A stretch of DNA of 26,107 nucleotides, taken from Thermoproteota archaeon (GTDB lineage: Archaea > Korarchaeota > Korarchaeia > Korarchaeales > Korarchaeaceae). The notes beneath the pieces were generated by a model that worked only from the letters and a program-made list of their open reading frames with translations, was not told the origin of the DNA and searched no databases. The position numbers and the translations under genes are program-made. Each line of letters starts with the position of its first letter. The first letter of the stretch is position 1. Positions 1 through 7,104 of this stretch are shown one piece after another. Location of the stretch: assembly GCA_027491395.1 (NCBI GenBank), contig JAOZFI010000003.1:1-26107 (forward strand), given 5' to 3'.

Positions 1-60
1 AGCTATAGCGGACTTTAAATTCCTCTCAGCCTGTCTGATCCAATCCTCGAAGCGGGACAC
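1..60 (-). CDS. HEPN domain protein, N-terminal fragment (runs off window edge)
   Basis: Manual translation from GTG at 60: MSRFEDWIRQAERNLKSAIA, a typical start of archaeal HEPN (COG2250-like) proteins (W-x-x-Q-A-x-R-x-L). Only 20 codons are visible. Confidence 0.6.
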   Translation of the reverse strand, partial: MSRFEDWIRQAERNLKSAIA

Positions 61-172
61 CAATGTCGATCCCCGGCAATCCTATGAGGAATTCTGTCTC
101 CTGATTATTAACAGTTTGTGGGATGTAGCTACTACAGTCAACGGATTAATGTCGAGGCAATTCTCGCGGGCA

Positions 173-620
173 TCATCTCCGTAGATATGCTCCTCTAGAG
201 GAACCTCGGGCGCCCCGCATCCGAAGGTTGAGGGCTGCAGCTTCATCCCCATAGATGATCAGATCCGTAGCTTTTACTGATAACCTGCCCCAGATAGACC
301 TTCAGAGGCGCTGAGCACAAGATGCAGGTTCTTGAGGAGTGAGGGAAATTAGAGAACCTGCCCTGCAGCCCAGTCCGTGCTGCCTTGTGGGCGAGCGTGA
401 TCCGGAAGACGCGGGAGTCCCACTAGTTTGGCCTGCGCCTGATCCTCCTGTACACCCTTCAAGTTCTCTGGATGGTCCCGCAACGAAGCGGCGCCCACTT
501 CTCGACTGTCCTAGTGATCGGCTTGTGGAGGAAGTCCCCAGCCCCCTTCTTCTCCCCCGCCGTACTCCTCCATGAGCCTCGCGCGCTAGGCATCGCTTCA
601 TAGGTTCTAAGCACCTACAG
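173..620 (-). pseudogene. tnpB: Degraded TnpB (IS200/IS605 RNA-guided nuclease) C-terminal relic
   Basis: Minus-strand pieces across frameshifts, in TnpB order: EKKGAGDFLHKPITRTVEKW, ENLKG (RuvC-II E-x-L), FRITLAHKAARTG, PHSSRTCILCSAPLKVY (Zn ribbon), GDEAAALNLRMRGARGSSRG* (RuvC-III D-x-x-A-A-x-N-L). Stop at 175-173. Boundaries are approximate. Confidence 0.7.
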
Positions 621-627
621 TAGACTT

Positions 628-654
628 AAAAGTAAGAAAAGTAAGAAAAGTAAG
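628..654 (+). repeat. Three perfect tandem copies of AAAAGTAAG; probable operator of the downstream AbrB-family regulator
   Basis: Copies at 628-636, 637-645 and 646-654, ending 10 nt before the ATG at 665. Confidence 0.75.
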
Positions 655-664
655 GAATATATTC

Positions 665-937
665 ATGAACGCGAAAGGCAGCAAAGGCTTGTGCATTAAG
701 AGGAGGATAGTCTATGGAGTTGTGACGGTCACATCCAAGGGTCAGATATCCATTCCCGCCGATTTAAGGGCTGATCTCGGAATAAAAGAGGGGGATCAGC
801 TTCTGGTCCTCAGGAGGAGGGATGACTCCGGCTTCGTTCTGATAAAGCTGGACAGGATGGACGATCTCATGAGCGTGCTCCTCGAGGATGAGGAGTTCTT
901 CCTCAAGATCAAGGAGAGGATGAGGGAAGGGAGGTGA
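665..937 (+). CDS. AbrB/MazE/SpoVT family DNA-binding protein
   Basis: VTVTSKGQISIPADLRADLGIKEGDQL is the swapped-hairpin signature. Confidence 0.9.
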   Translation: MNAKGSKGLCIKRRIVYGVVTVTSKGQISIPADLRADLGIKEGDQLLVLRRRDDSGFVLIKLDRMDDLMSVLLEDEEFFLKIKERMREGR

Positions 938-941
938 TGGG

Positions 942-1076
942 ATGTACACGTGTAAGGATTGTAAGTGGTACAAGCCGATAGACGAGAGTAAGGGAGATTG
1001 CTTCGGTCACATTGTGCCCGCTGACATGCCGGCCGATGAGTGTCCGAAGAAGGCCTTCGAACCGAGGGATGAGTAG
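942..1076 (+). CDS. 44-aa four-cysteine mini-protein (putative Fe-S or Zn carrier)
   Basis: MYTCKDCKWYKPIDESKGDCFGHIVPADMPADECPKKAFEPRDE*. GGAGGTGA SD lies just upstream, and the TAG stop overlaps the GTG of the next gene. Spacing is CX2C-X12-C-X13-C. Below the ORF-track cutoff. Confidence 0.8.
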   Translation: MYTCKDCKWYKPIDESKGDCFGHIVPADMPADECPKKAFEPRDE

Positions 1077-1678
1077 TGGATATACCAAACTCATCAACCG
1101 AGCAGAGGAAGATGGCCAAGCTTCTCTGGAGGGAAATTGGGGAGGATTCGCTGAAGTTGGTCGATGGGCTAGCTGGAGGTGACTGGAAGGAGAGGAGCTT
1201 GGCGGCTTTCCTTCTAGGATTCGCCGCTTCATCCGGGATAGATGTCTTCAGCGAGCTTAGATCCTTATCCATGGACGAGGACTGGAGGGTCAGGGAGAGC
1301 GTAGCTACGGCCCTAACGATAGTCTCGGTAGCTTCACAAGAGGGATACTTCGAGAGGATGGGTGAATGGGTTCGTGATCCAGATGCTAGGGTACGAAGAG
1401 CGGCAATTGAGTCAATGAGGGTTATCGCCAGGAAGGACGCGGGAAAAGTTCTTCCCTTCGTGGAGATGATGAAGAAAGAGCGTGACAGGTACGCGTCGGA
1501 TGCTGTGGCCCACGTAATAAGAGAAATGACCAAGGCCGATCCTGATCTGGTGAGTGAGCTCCTGAGGGAGTGGGCTAGATCTGGAGAGAGGCACATTAGG
1601 AGGATGGTGAGGTTGGGAATGAAGAAGCTCCCCAACAGTGAGAGGGAAGCCATCAGGAGGTTGCTGAAAGATGGATGA
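1076..1678 (+). CDS. HEAT-repeat protein, DNA alkylation repair (AlkD/AlkC-like) family
   Basis: HEAT-like repeats DEDWRVRESVA, EWVRDPDARVRRAAIE and DRYASDAVAHVIREMTKADPDLVSELLREWA. Confidence 0.7.
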   Translation: MDIPNSSTEQRKMAKLLWREIGEDSLKLVDGLAGGDWKERSLAAFLLGFAASSGIDVFSELRSLSMDEDWRVRESVATALTIVSVASQEGYFERMGEWVRDPDARVRRAAIESMRVIARKDAGKVLPFVEMMKKERDRYASDAVAHVIREMTKADPDLVSELLREWARSGERHIRRMVRLGMKKLPNSEREAIRRLLKDG

Positions 1679-2540
1679 GGTGAGGGTCAAGAGCGTCCTC
1701 AACAAGCACAGGAGGAGAGATAGCTGGTTCCTGGATGACTACTCGGTAAACCCCTACTATGGCTGCCAGTTCTCCTGCATCTACTGCTATATTAGGGGAG
1801 GGAAATACACTCGTAAACCCAATGAGCTGGCCGCCAAGATCAACGCACCTGAGGTCCTAGACAGGCAGCTCAGGAGAAGGGCATCTAGAAAAGAGTACGG
1901 ATTTATAGCTCTAGGAACATCGACTGAGCCCTACATGAAGGTGGAGAGGGAGCTTGAGATCACTAGGAAGGTGCTCGGTGTGATCTCCCATTACAGGTTC
2001 CCAGCGCACGTCCTCACCAAGTCGACCCTAGTAACTAGGGACTCCGACCTCCTCCTAGAGGTAGCTGACAGGGCCTTACTCCCGACTGACTTGAAGGGCA
2101 GGGTGAGCGGCGCCCTAGTGACGATATCCATGTCTACTGTAGATGAAGAGCTTGCCAAGTTCCTCGAACCCGGTGCTCCTCCTCCCTCTGAGAGGTTTGA
2201 GGCTTTAGAGAGACTGAGGGAAGAGGGAATAGAGGTAGGCGTCGCCTTCATACCTGTGATTCCCTTTTTAAGCGATGGGGAGGACGAACTGAGGAGGGCC
2301 ATTAGGGAAGCCAAGGATAGAGGAGCGAACTACGTTTTCGTAGGCGCTCTAACCCTGTCAGGGGATCTAAAGAGATCCTTCCTCAGGGCGCTGGAGGTGA
2401 GGTTCCCCGAACTCGTCGGCGAGTATCGGAAGATATTCAGAGGGGGTTATCCATCGAGGGAGTATCAAGACGGGCTCCACTCAACGGCCATGACCATATG
2501 CATGGATGAGGGTGTCAGGCTGAGAATTCTGGGGAGATAG
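1671..2540 (+). CDS. Radical SAM protein, spore photoproduct lyase-like (SplB/Rv2578c-type)
   Basis: SVNPYYGCQFSCIYCY, GTSTEPY, VLTKS and LEPGAPPPSERF motifs. Overlaps the upstream gene by 8 nt. Confidence 0.88.
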   Translation: MDEVRVKSVLNKHRRRDSWFLDDYSVNPYYGCQFSCIYCYIRGGKYTRKPNELAAKINAPEVLDRQLRRRASRKEYGFIALGTSTEPYMKVERELEITRKVLGVISHYRFPAHVLTKSTLVTRDSDLLLEVADRALLPTDLKGRVSGALVTISMSTVDEELAKFLEPGAPPPSERFEALERLREEGIEVGVAFIPVIPFLSDGEDELRRAIREAKDRGANYVFVGALTLSGDLKRSFLRALEVRFPELVGEYRKIFRGGYPSREYQDGLHSTAMTICMDEGVRLRILGR

Positions 2541-2653
2541 TCCATGAGGATCGCCAGTAGCTGATCATTGAACTCCGGACCTGTAAGACGCTTATAGACA
2601 ATCCAACCCAACAGATACGTTTTTACTTGGTTCTGGAGGTAAATCGAGGAGAA

Positions 2654-3037
2654 ATGCTTGTGGATAAAATAGTGAAGATCTTGAAAGAATACGAGGAGGT
2701 GATCTTTGCCTACCTATTTGGTTCCTACGCTAGGGGTGAGGCGGGGAAGCTGAGCGACATCGATATCGCTGTCTACCTCGATCCATCCCTACCCCAAGAC
2801 GCCATGTGGGACACCTTCTTAGACATAGCCAGCCGCCTCAGCTTCAGGGTTGTCAAAGTGGACGTCGTTCTGCTCAATACCGCCGGTTACAGGCTGGCAT
2901 TTGAGGTGCTGAAGGGCAGGCTCCTCTTCTCTAGGGACGAGGGGATGAGGAAGGAGTTCATCTATCGCACCCTGAGGACCTACTTGGATAGGAGATATTA
3001 CGACAGTAGGAGGGCCGAATTTATCCTCTCTAGGTGA
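2654..3037 (+). CDS. mntA: Minimal nucleotidyltransferase (MNT/MntA antitoxin)
   Basis: FAYLFGSYARG...SDIDIAV (GS-x10-DxD). Start moved to the ATG at 2654 after a GAGGAG SD. Confidence 0.9.
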   Translation: MLVDKIVKILKEYEEVIFAYLFGSYARGEAGKLSDIDIAVYLDPSLPQDAMWDTFLDIASRLSFRVVKVDVVLLNTAGYRLAFEVLKGRLLFSRDEGMRKEFIYRTLRTYLDRRYYDSRRAEFILSR

Positions 3038-3474
3038 GAGATATGTTCTTCAGGGAGAAGGTCTCTGAGAAGCTGAGATATCTCGAGATTTCACTGAATT
3101 ACTTGAAGAACAGGCGGAACATCACCTTAGAGGACCTCCAGAGTAACTATGAGCTAAGAAGCGCCATCGAGAGAAACTTCCAGATAGCTATAGAGGCTGC
3201 GATAGACATAAGCGAGATGATAATCTCTGAGGAAGGAGTCGAAATGCCTGAAACCTACAGAGAGGCCTTCTTAAGGTTGGGTGAAATGGGAGTAGTTCCT
3301 AAAGACTTCTCCGCCCGATTGGCTCAGATGGCTGGTTTCAGGAACATCCTAGTCCATCAGTACGGTGAGCTCGACTTGAACAAACTTTTGGAGTTCTTAA
3401 AAACAAAGTTGGATGATTTAGAACTATTTTCGGGCTACGTCAAGGAATATCTGAGATCCAAAGCAGGAGATTAG
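3034..3474 (+). CDS. hepT: HEPN/DUF86 ribonuclease toxin (HepT), type VII TA
   Basis: FRNILVHQY (R-x4-H-x-Y) and AIERNFQIAIE. 4-nt overlap with the MNT gene. Confidence 0.9.
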   Translation: MRDMFFREKVSEKLRYLEISLNYLKNRRNITLEDLQSNYELRSAIERNFQIAIEAAIDISEMIISEEGVEMPETYREAFLRLGEMGVVPKDFSARLAQMAGFRNILVHQYGELDLNKLLEFLKTKLDDLELFSGYVKEYLRSKAGD

Positions 3475-3478
3475 CCGT

Positions 3479-3874
3479 TCAGGTGTGATGCAGCAAGGCT
3501 TCGGGTAGAAGCTTGCTCTCCACCTTCATCAGCGTCTCAGAAAGGTACGACTTCGAGATGCCCAGCCTCTCCACCAGTTCCGAGAGAGTCACCCTCCTCA
3601 GGAAGTCGTAGTATCCTTCCTCTATTGCCCCCAGCAGGATCTCCCTCTGCCTCTTGGTCAGCTTCCTTTCCCTTTCCCTCCTCACCGAGACCTTGAGGCC
3701 TTTCCTCCTCAGTGCCTCCCAGAGGTCTTTGAACTCTCGAGCGTGATGCCACTCGGCCCTTCCCATCCTCACCGATAAGGGGAGATGAGGCGGCTCGGTC
3801 TCCGCGAAGATCTCGGCTAGAGGACATTAATTCTTCACCCTTATGACGGAGGATCCTTCGTTCCTCACCTCCAT
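3479..3874 (-). pseudogene. Bat-type (HTH_10) transcriptional regulator, truncated and interrupted
   Basis: C-terminal LTKRQREILLGAIEEGYYDFLRRVTLSELVERLGISKSYLSETL. The same frame continues upstream through an in-frame TAA (3829-3827) as MEVRNEGSSVIRVKN*CPLAEIF. The N-terminus appears to be lost. Confidence 0.7.
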
Positions 3875-3883
3875 AACCGCTCC

Positions 3884-4074
3884 ATGGGCTGGTTTGGAGA
3901 AAGTGGATGCTCAAGAGGACCCTCTGCTTCACCGACAGGTACTTGCCCTAGATGGCTGGGGCGTGGTTCTTCGGCGCCCTAATGGCCCTCGGCTTCCTAG
4001 CCTTCCTCCTGAATGTGATAAAGATGTTCGGTCTGAGGAACGTAGTGGGTCCCTTTCTGCCAGAGAGGAAGTGA
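3884..4074 (+). pseudogene. C-terminal remnant of a heme-copper oxidase/NO reductase-like subunit I
   Basis: MGWFGES(fs)MLKRTLCFTDRYLP*MAGAWFFGALMALGFLAFLLNVIKMFGLRNVVGPFLPERK*. This resembles the G-x-x-G-M-x-R-R loop plus last TM helix of HCO subunit I. One frameshift and one in-frame TAG (3949-3951). Confidence 0.5.
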
Positions 4075-4119
4075 TAGCTCACATCTCCCATGTCCTCATT
4101 TTTTTAGGGGGATACAGTC

Positions 4120-4137
4120 AAGGACAAAACGTCCGTA
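4120..4137. promoter_or_regulatory. Imperfect palindromic operator AAGGACAAAACGTCCGTA
   Basis: 15/18 identical to 10634-10651. Lies 42 nt upstream of the paralog fragment at 4179. Confidence 0.55.
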
Positions 4138-4178
4138 AGAACATTAATGCGGAACAGGATCGCACTCCCGGGGATCGC

Positions 4179-4345
4179 ATGAAGGGTGAAAGGTGGGAGG
4201 CGATAAGATTCCTCTTAGTGATCATACTAGCGCTGATAATAGCGACTTTCCCTTTCTGGTATCCCAAAGAGAGGAGACACGTTAAGGTGGGCTACGGATG
4301 GTCGGAGGATGCGGACAAGGGATGGAGGAGGGGAAAAGATGGATG
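4179..4345 (+). pseudogene. Decayed paralog of the 11005-11379 membrane-anchored protein
   Basis: WEAIRFLLVIILALIIATFPFWYP...VKVGYGW versus WEAIWFPSVIALAVVIATFPFWYP...VKVSVHGW, with an internal deletion. The 3' end is approximate. Confidence 0.7.
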
Positions 4346-4389
4346 GACACCGCGAACTCCCATACCGAACGTTGGAATCTCGATCCAGC

Positions 4390-4730
4390 CGACATCAACT
4401 CTAAATGGGAAATCTACTGCGCGCGGAGGCTGTCAAAATAGCAAGCCGTGGGTATTCCTTACTCTTCCAGCCTCTAAGGAGTGTGGTGCCTTGGAGGGTA
4501 TCTTAATGCAGTACTGCCTCAAGAACTCATCGAAGGAACTCCAAAAACTCTTCATAACTCTCCACTTCCAGATCATCAGATCCTATGAAGAGATCTAGCT
4601 CTATCAGGGGAGTAAGGAGATAGGGGTGACTCTCTTAAGTCCCTTATGGACCTCCCTATAGAGATTGTTATTGGAAGTCCTCTCTGTATATTGCAGAGAA
4701 TATTATATCGGTTTCCACCATCCATTTCAT
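4390..4730 (-). pseudogene. vapC: VapC/PIN toxin pseudogene
   Basis: MKWMVETDIIFSAIYREDFQ* ... LIELDL ... RVRNTHGL(fs)YFDSL. Multiple stops and frameshifts. The ATG overlaps the antitoxin stop (ATGA). The 3' end is approximate. Confidence 0.65.
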
Positions 4731-4969
4731 CGTCGAGCCTCCTTGAGGAGCTGTTACAAGGCCACTCTCCTTATCCCCTCCCCCTGTCGGAGCTGATCTT
4801 GGATCCCTTCACGAGATCGGATAGCTCACCCAGGGGATCTCCGATGGGTTCTATTATATTCTGCCACCCTCAACCTTCATCCTGACCTTCCGATCGATCC
4901 TAAGGGACCTCCCACTCTCTTGGGGATATTGCGGTCCTCCCCTCTCCTTCACTCGACCACGAAGCTCAT
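4727..4969 (-). pseudogene. vapB: AbrB-type antitoxin pseudogene
   Basis: MSFVVE(fs)..IPKRV..IDRKVRMKVEGGRI(fs)IEPIGDPLGELSDLVKGSK, similar to the intact 25433 antitoxin. GGGGAG SD upstream. Confidence 0.65.
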
Positions 4970-5114
4970 CAGCTCCCCTTATCGGAAACTTAAGATCTCC
5001 CCTATCACTGCTCATGATCGCGTCTAATAAGAGCAACGGATGGATGTGGGAGATCTGACTTGGCCTTGATAAGAAGGAAAAGAAAGCGGAGGGAGGAAGA
5101 AAGGTCAATTCCAT

Positions 5115-5666
5115 TCACTTCAGGAATCTCGACACGTATGGACTCTCTCCCGGCCTGTTCCTCCTGAAATGACCGCTCGGCTTACCGGTCAGCAGCTCCT
5201 CGAACCACGCCTCGTGCTCGACTTCCTCGTGAAGTATTGCTAAGGCCAAATCGTATGTCCTCGGGTCCTTACCGTGGGTGTACTCGCATATCTGCGTATA
5301 GATCGCTACAGCGCATCTCTCGGCCTCCAATAGGACCTTGAGCAGGTTCTCCACTGTGGGCTCCTCGGGTAAATATGCGTCCATGCAAGCAGCTTTATCT
5401 GCCAGTTCCCTGATGTCCTCAGGCAGGTCACCACCAAGCTCGTATATCCTCGGGACGAGGGCCTCGAAATGATTTCTGTCCTCTATTCTAGCGTCCTCTA
5501 TTATCTCCTTTATGGATTCCCCGTCGATTCCCGTAGCATGGGCTCTCAGGATGGTGTAATAATAGTATGTCGTGAACTCCGCAGCCGCTGCCCTGACCAG
5601 CAGGTCCAGGAGCTCTTGGACGTTTACGCCAGCCTTCTCTATCAACTGCCTGTTTCTCTCTGGCAT
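5115..5666 (-). CDS. dps: DPS-like (DPSL) ferritin-family antioxidant protein
   Basis: [48 protein letters not shown] and a cysteine pair (ACMDAYLP / AERCA). Confidence 0.93.
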   Translation of the reverse strand: MPERNRQLIEKAGVNVQELLDLLVRAAAAEFTTYYYYTILRAHATGIDGESIKEIIEDARIEDRNHFEALVPRIYELGGDLPEDIRELADKAACMDAYLPEEPTVENLLKVLLEAERCAVAIYTQICEYTHGKDPRTYDLALAILHEEVEHEAWFEELLTGKPSGHFRRNRPGESPYVSRFLK

Positions 5667-5694
5667 GACGTCACCTATTATGGAAATGAATGAG

Positions 5695-5726
5695 TTCTAA
5701 CTAATAAATATTTCTAACTAGTAGAA
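5695..5726. promoter_or_regulatory. Tandem Fur/Per-like boxes in the dpsL-fur divergent promoter
   Basis: TTCTAACTAATAAAT (5695-5709) and the palindromic TTCTA-N5-TAGAA (5712-5726), 17 bp apart in an AT-rich intergenic region. Confidence 0.55.
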
Positions 5727-5771
5727 GTTTTTAATCAGCTACAGTTTTATAATGGTGGGGGGAAAATACGT

Positions 5772-6185
5772 GTGAGCTGGAAGAAATTCGCGTTGGCTAG
5801 GTTGAAGGAGTCAGGCCTTCGTCTGACACCTCAGAGGATTTACATCATAGAAGTGATAGGTGAGTTGGGCCCGTCTCATCCCACTCTGAAGATGATCTTC
5901 GAGGAGGTCAGATCCAAATTCCCAACGATCAGCTTCTCGACCCTATATTCCAATATTCTGACTATGAGGGATCTAGGCCTTTTAGAGATCTTCCAAGTCC
6001 ATGGAGAGACTCGAATCGAGATCAACACCGATCCCCACCTGAATCTAATAGACGACGAGATCAGGGATCTGGAGGACCCGAGGATCCTAGAGGAAATAGA
6101 GAGGCTGACAGGAAGAAAGGTCAGGCTCGTGAATGTGTACCTCGAAACAAATAAAACGTCAAAGGGATTTCCGAGGGGACAATAA
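5772..6185 (+). CDS. Fur/PerR family transcriptional regulator
   Basis: LKESGLRLTPQR, HPT, PTISFSTLYSNI and PHLNL. Divergent from dpsL. Confidence 0.88.
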   Translation: MSWKKFALARLKESGLRLTPQRIYIIEVIGELGPSHPTLKMIFEEVRSKFPTISFSTLYSNILTMRDLGLLEIFQVHGETRIEINTDPHLNLIDDEIRDLEDPRILEEIERLTGRKVRLVNVYLETNKTSKGFPRGQ

Positions 6186-6288
6186 GATTCCACGTTTAGA
6201 AATCTCCGCTCAGGCCGAAAAGTGACTGAGGGGGCTTTATTATAAATGATTGAGAAGTTAGAATGATCGAATTGATAAGATAAACACC

Positions 6289-6954
6289 TCATTCTAATAC
6301 GTGGCCACATATGACATGGATTCCCAGCTCCTTTGCCCTCTCATAGGCCTCCTTGTCCACATTCACGGCCACCACTATGACATCATCGACCCTCCTTCCC
6401 ATGATATTCTCGACGAATCTGACCTTCTCTGGTAGATACTCTACATGATCCAGCTCTGCTCTTGACTTGACCTCTATGACGTACAATTTGGAGTCCTTAA
6501 CCAGCACATCTACGTCTACTATCCTGCCCTTAACTCCGGTGACCTCACCGCTCTCGTCCTTGAAGCGGAACTTCCTGACTTGACCTGGCTCTATCCCCCG
6601 ATCTTCCAGCAACTCCCTGAATAGCTCCAAAACCATCATCTCAAGATCGGAGCCCCATCGCCTACCCATGCTTCCGATGGTCACCTCAACCCTAGCTGCT
6701 AGCTTTCGGAATTCCTCCTCCAGCCTCTGCTGTCCCTCTTCCAACTTCACAATGCGCTCTTCTAATGCGAGGATGCGCTCTTCTAAAGAGATGATCCGCT
6801 CCTCCAGCCTCTGCTGTCCCTCTTCCAACGAGGCGATCCTATCCAATAACTCCTTGTAACCTATCAATCCGGCTACTGCGTACCTGAACTCCTTGTCCTT
6901 CTCCAGAAGCTCTATTATCTCCTCTTTTAGGGACTGCATCAAAGAAAGATCCAT
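6289..6954 (-). CDS. Coiled-coil + PD-(D/E)XK nuclease-like protein (archaeal DUF3782/paREP-like)
   Basis: LLEKDKEFRYAVAGLIG, heptad repeats, GRRWG and DVDVLV...VIEVKS. Start chosen at ATG 6954 after GGGGG. Confidence 0.8.
   Translation of the reverse strand: MDLSLMQSLKEEIIELLEKDKEFRYAVAGLIGYKELLDRIASLEEGQQRLEERIISLEERILALEERIVKLEEGQQRLEEEFRKLAARVEVTIGSMGRRWGSDLEMMVLELFRELLEDRGIEPGQVRKFRFKDESGEVTGVKGRIVDVDVLVKDSKLYVIEVKSRAELDHVEYLPEKVRFVENIMGRRVDDVIVVAVNVDKEAYERAKELGIHVICGHVLE
6715..6829. repeat. 21-bp heptad repeat tract with a 31-bp perfect direct repeat
   Basis: ctcctccagcctctgctgtccctcttccaac at 6715-6745 and 6799-6829 (84 bp apart, encoding LEEGQQRLEE). atgcgctcttctaa also occurs twice, 21 bp apart. 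Confidence 0.85.
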
Positions 6955-7104
6955 TAACCCCCTTAAAAATGTAGGGTGAGGAAATACAGTGAATTCCATT
7001 GCCTACTGCTTCAAAGCGTACATCAATGCGAAGTTCGAACCTTGTCCTGATCGAATTGAATTCCGGTAGTGTTGCCTGTGAAGTGCGACATTCGCTCCTT
7101 AAGG

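Noticed and set aside
302-601. ORFs 302-601(-) and 339-575(+)
   Set aside because: Better explained as off-frame and antisense readings of the TnpB relic.
628-654. Possible CRISPR or iteron array
   Set aside because: 9-bp units with no spacers, and no cas or rep gene nearby.
796-1653. 285-aa antisense ORF
   Set aside because: Ser/Leu-rich mirror of the plus-strand operon genes.
2544-2590. C/D-box sRNA-like ATGAGGA...CTGA
   Set aside because: No convincing C' box or terminal D box, and no verified target complementarity.
3843-4598. 251-aa plus-strand ORF
   Set aside because: A chimeric open frame crossing several pseudogene fragments. Only about 4179-4345 resembles a real gene.
7020-7104. 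GTTCGAAC resembling a tRNA T-loop
   Set aside because: No cloverleaf stems could be formed around it.
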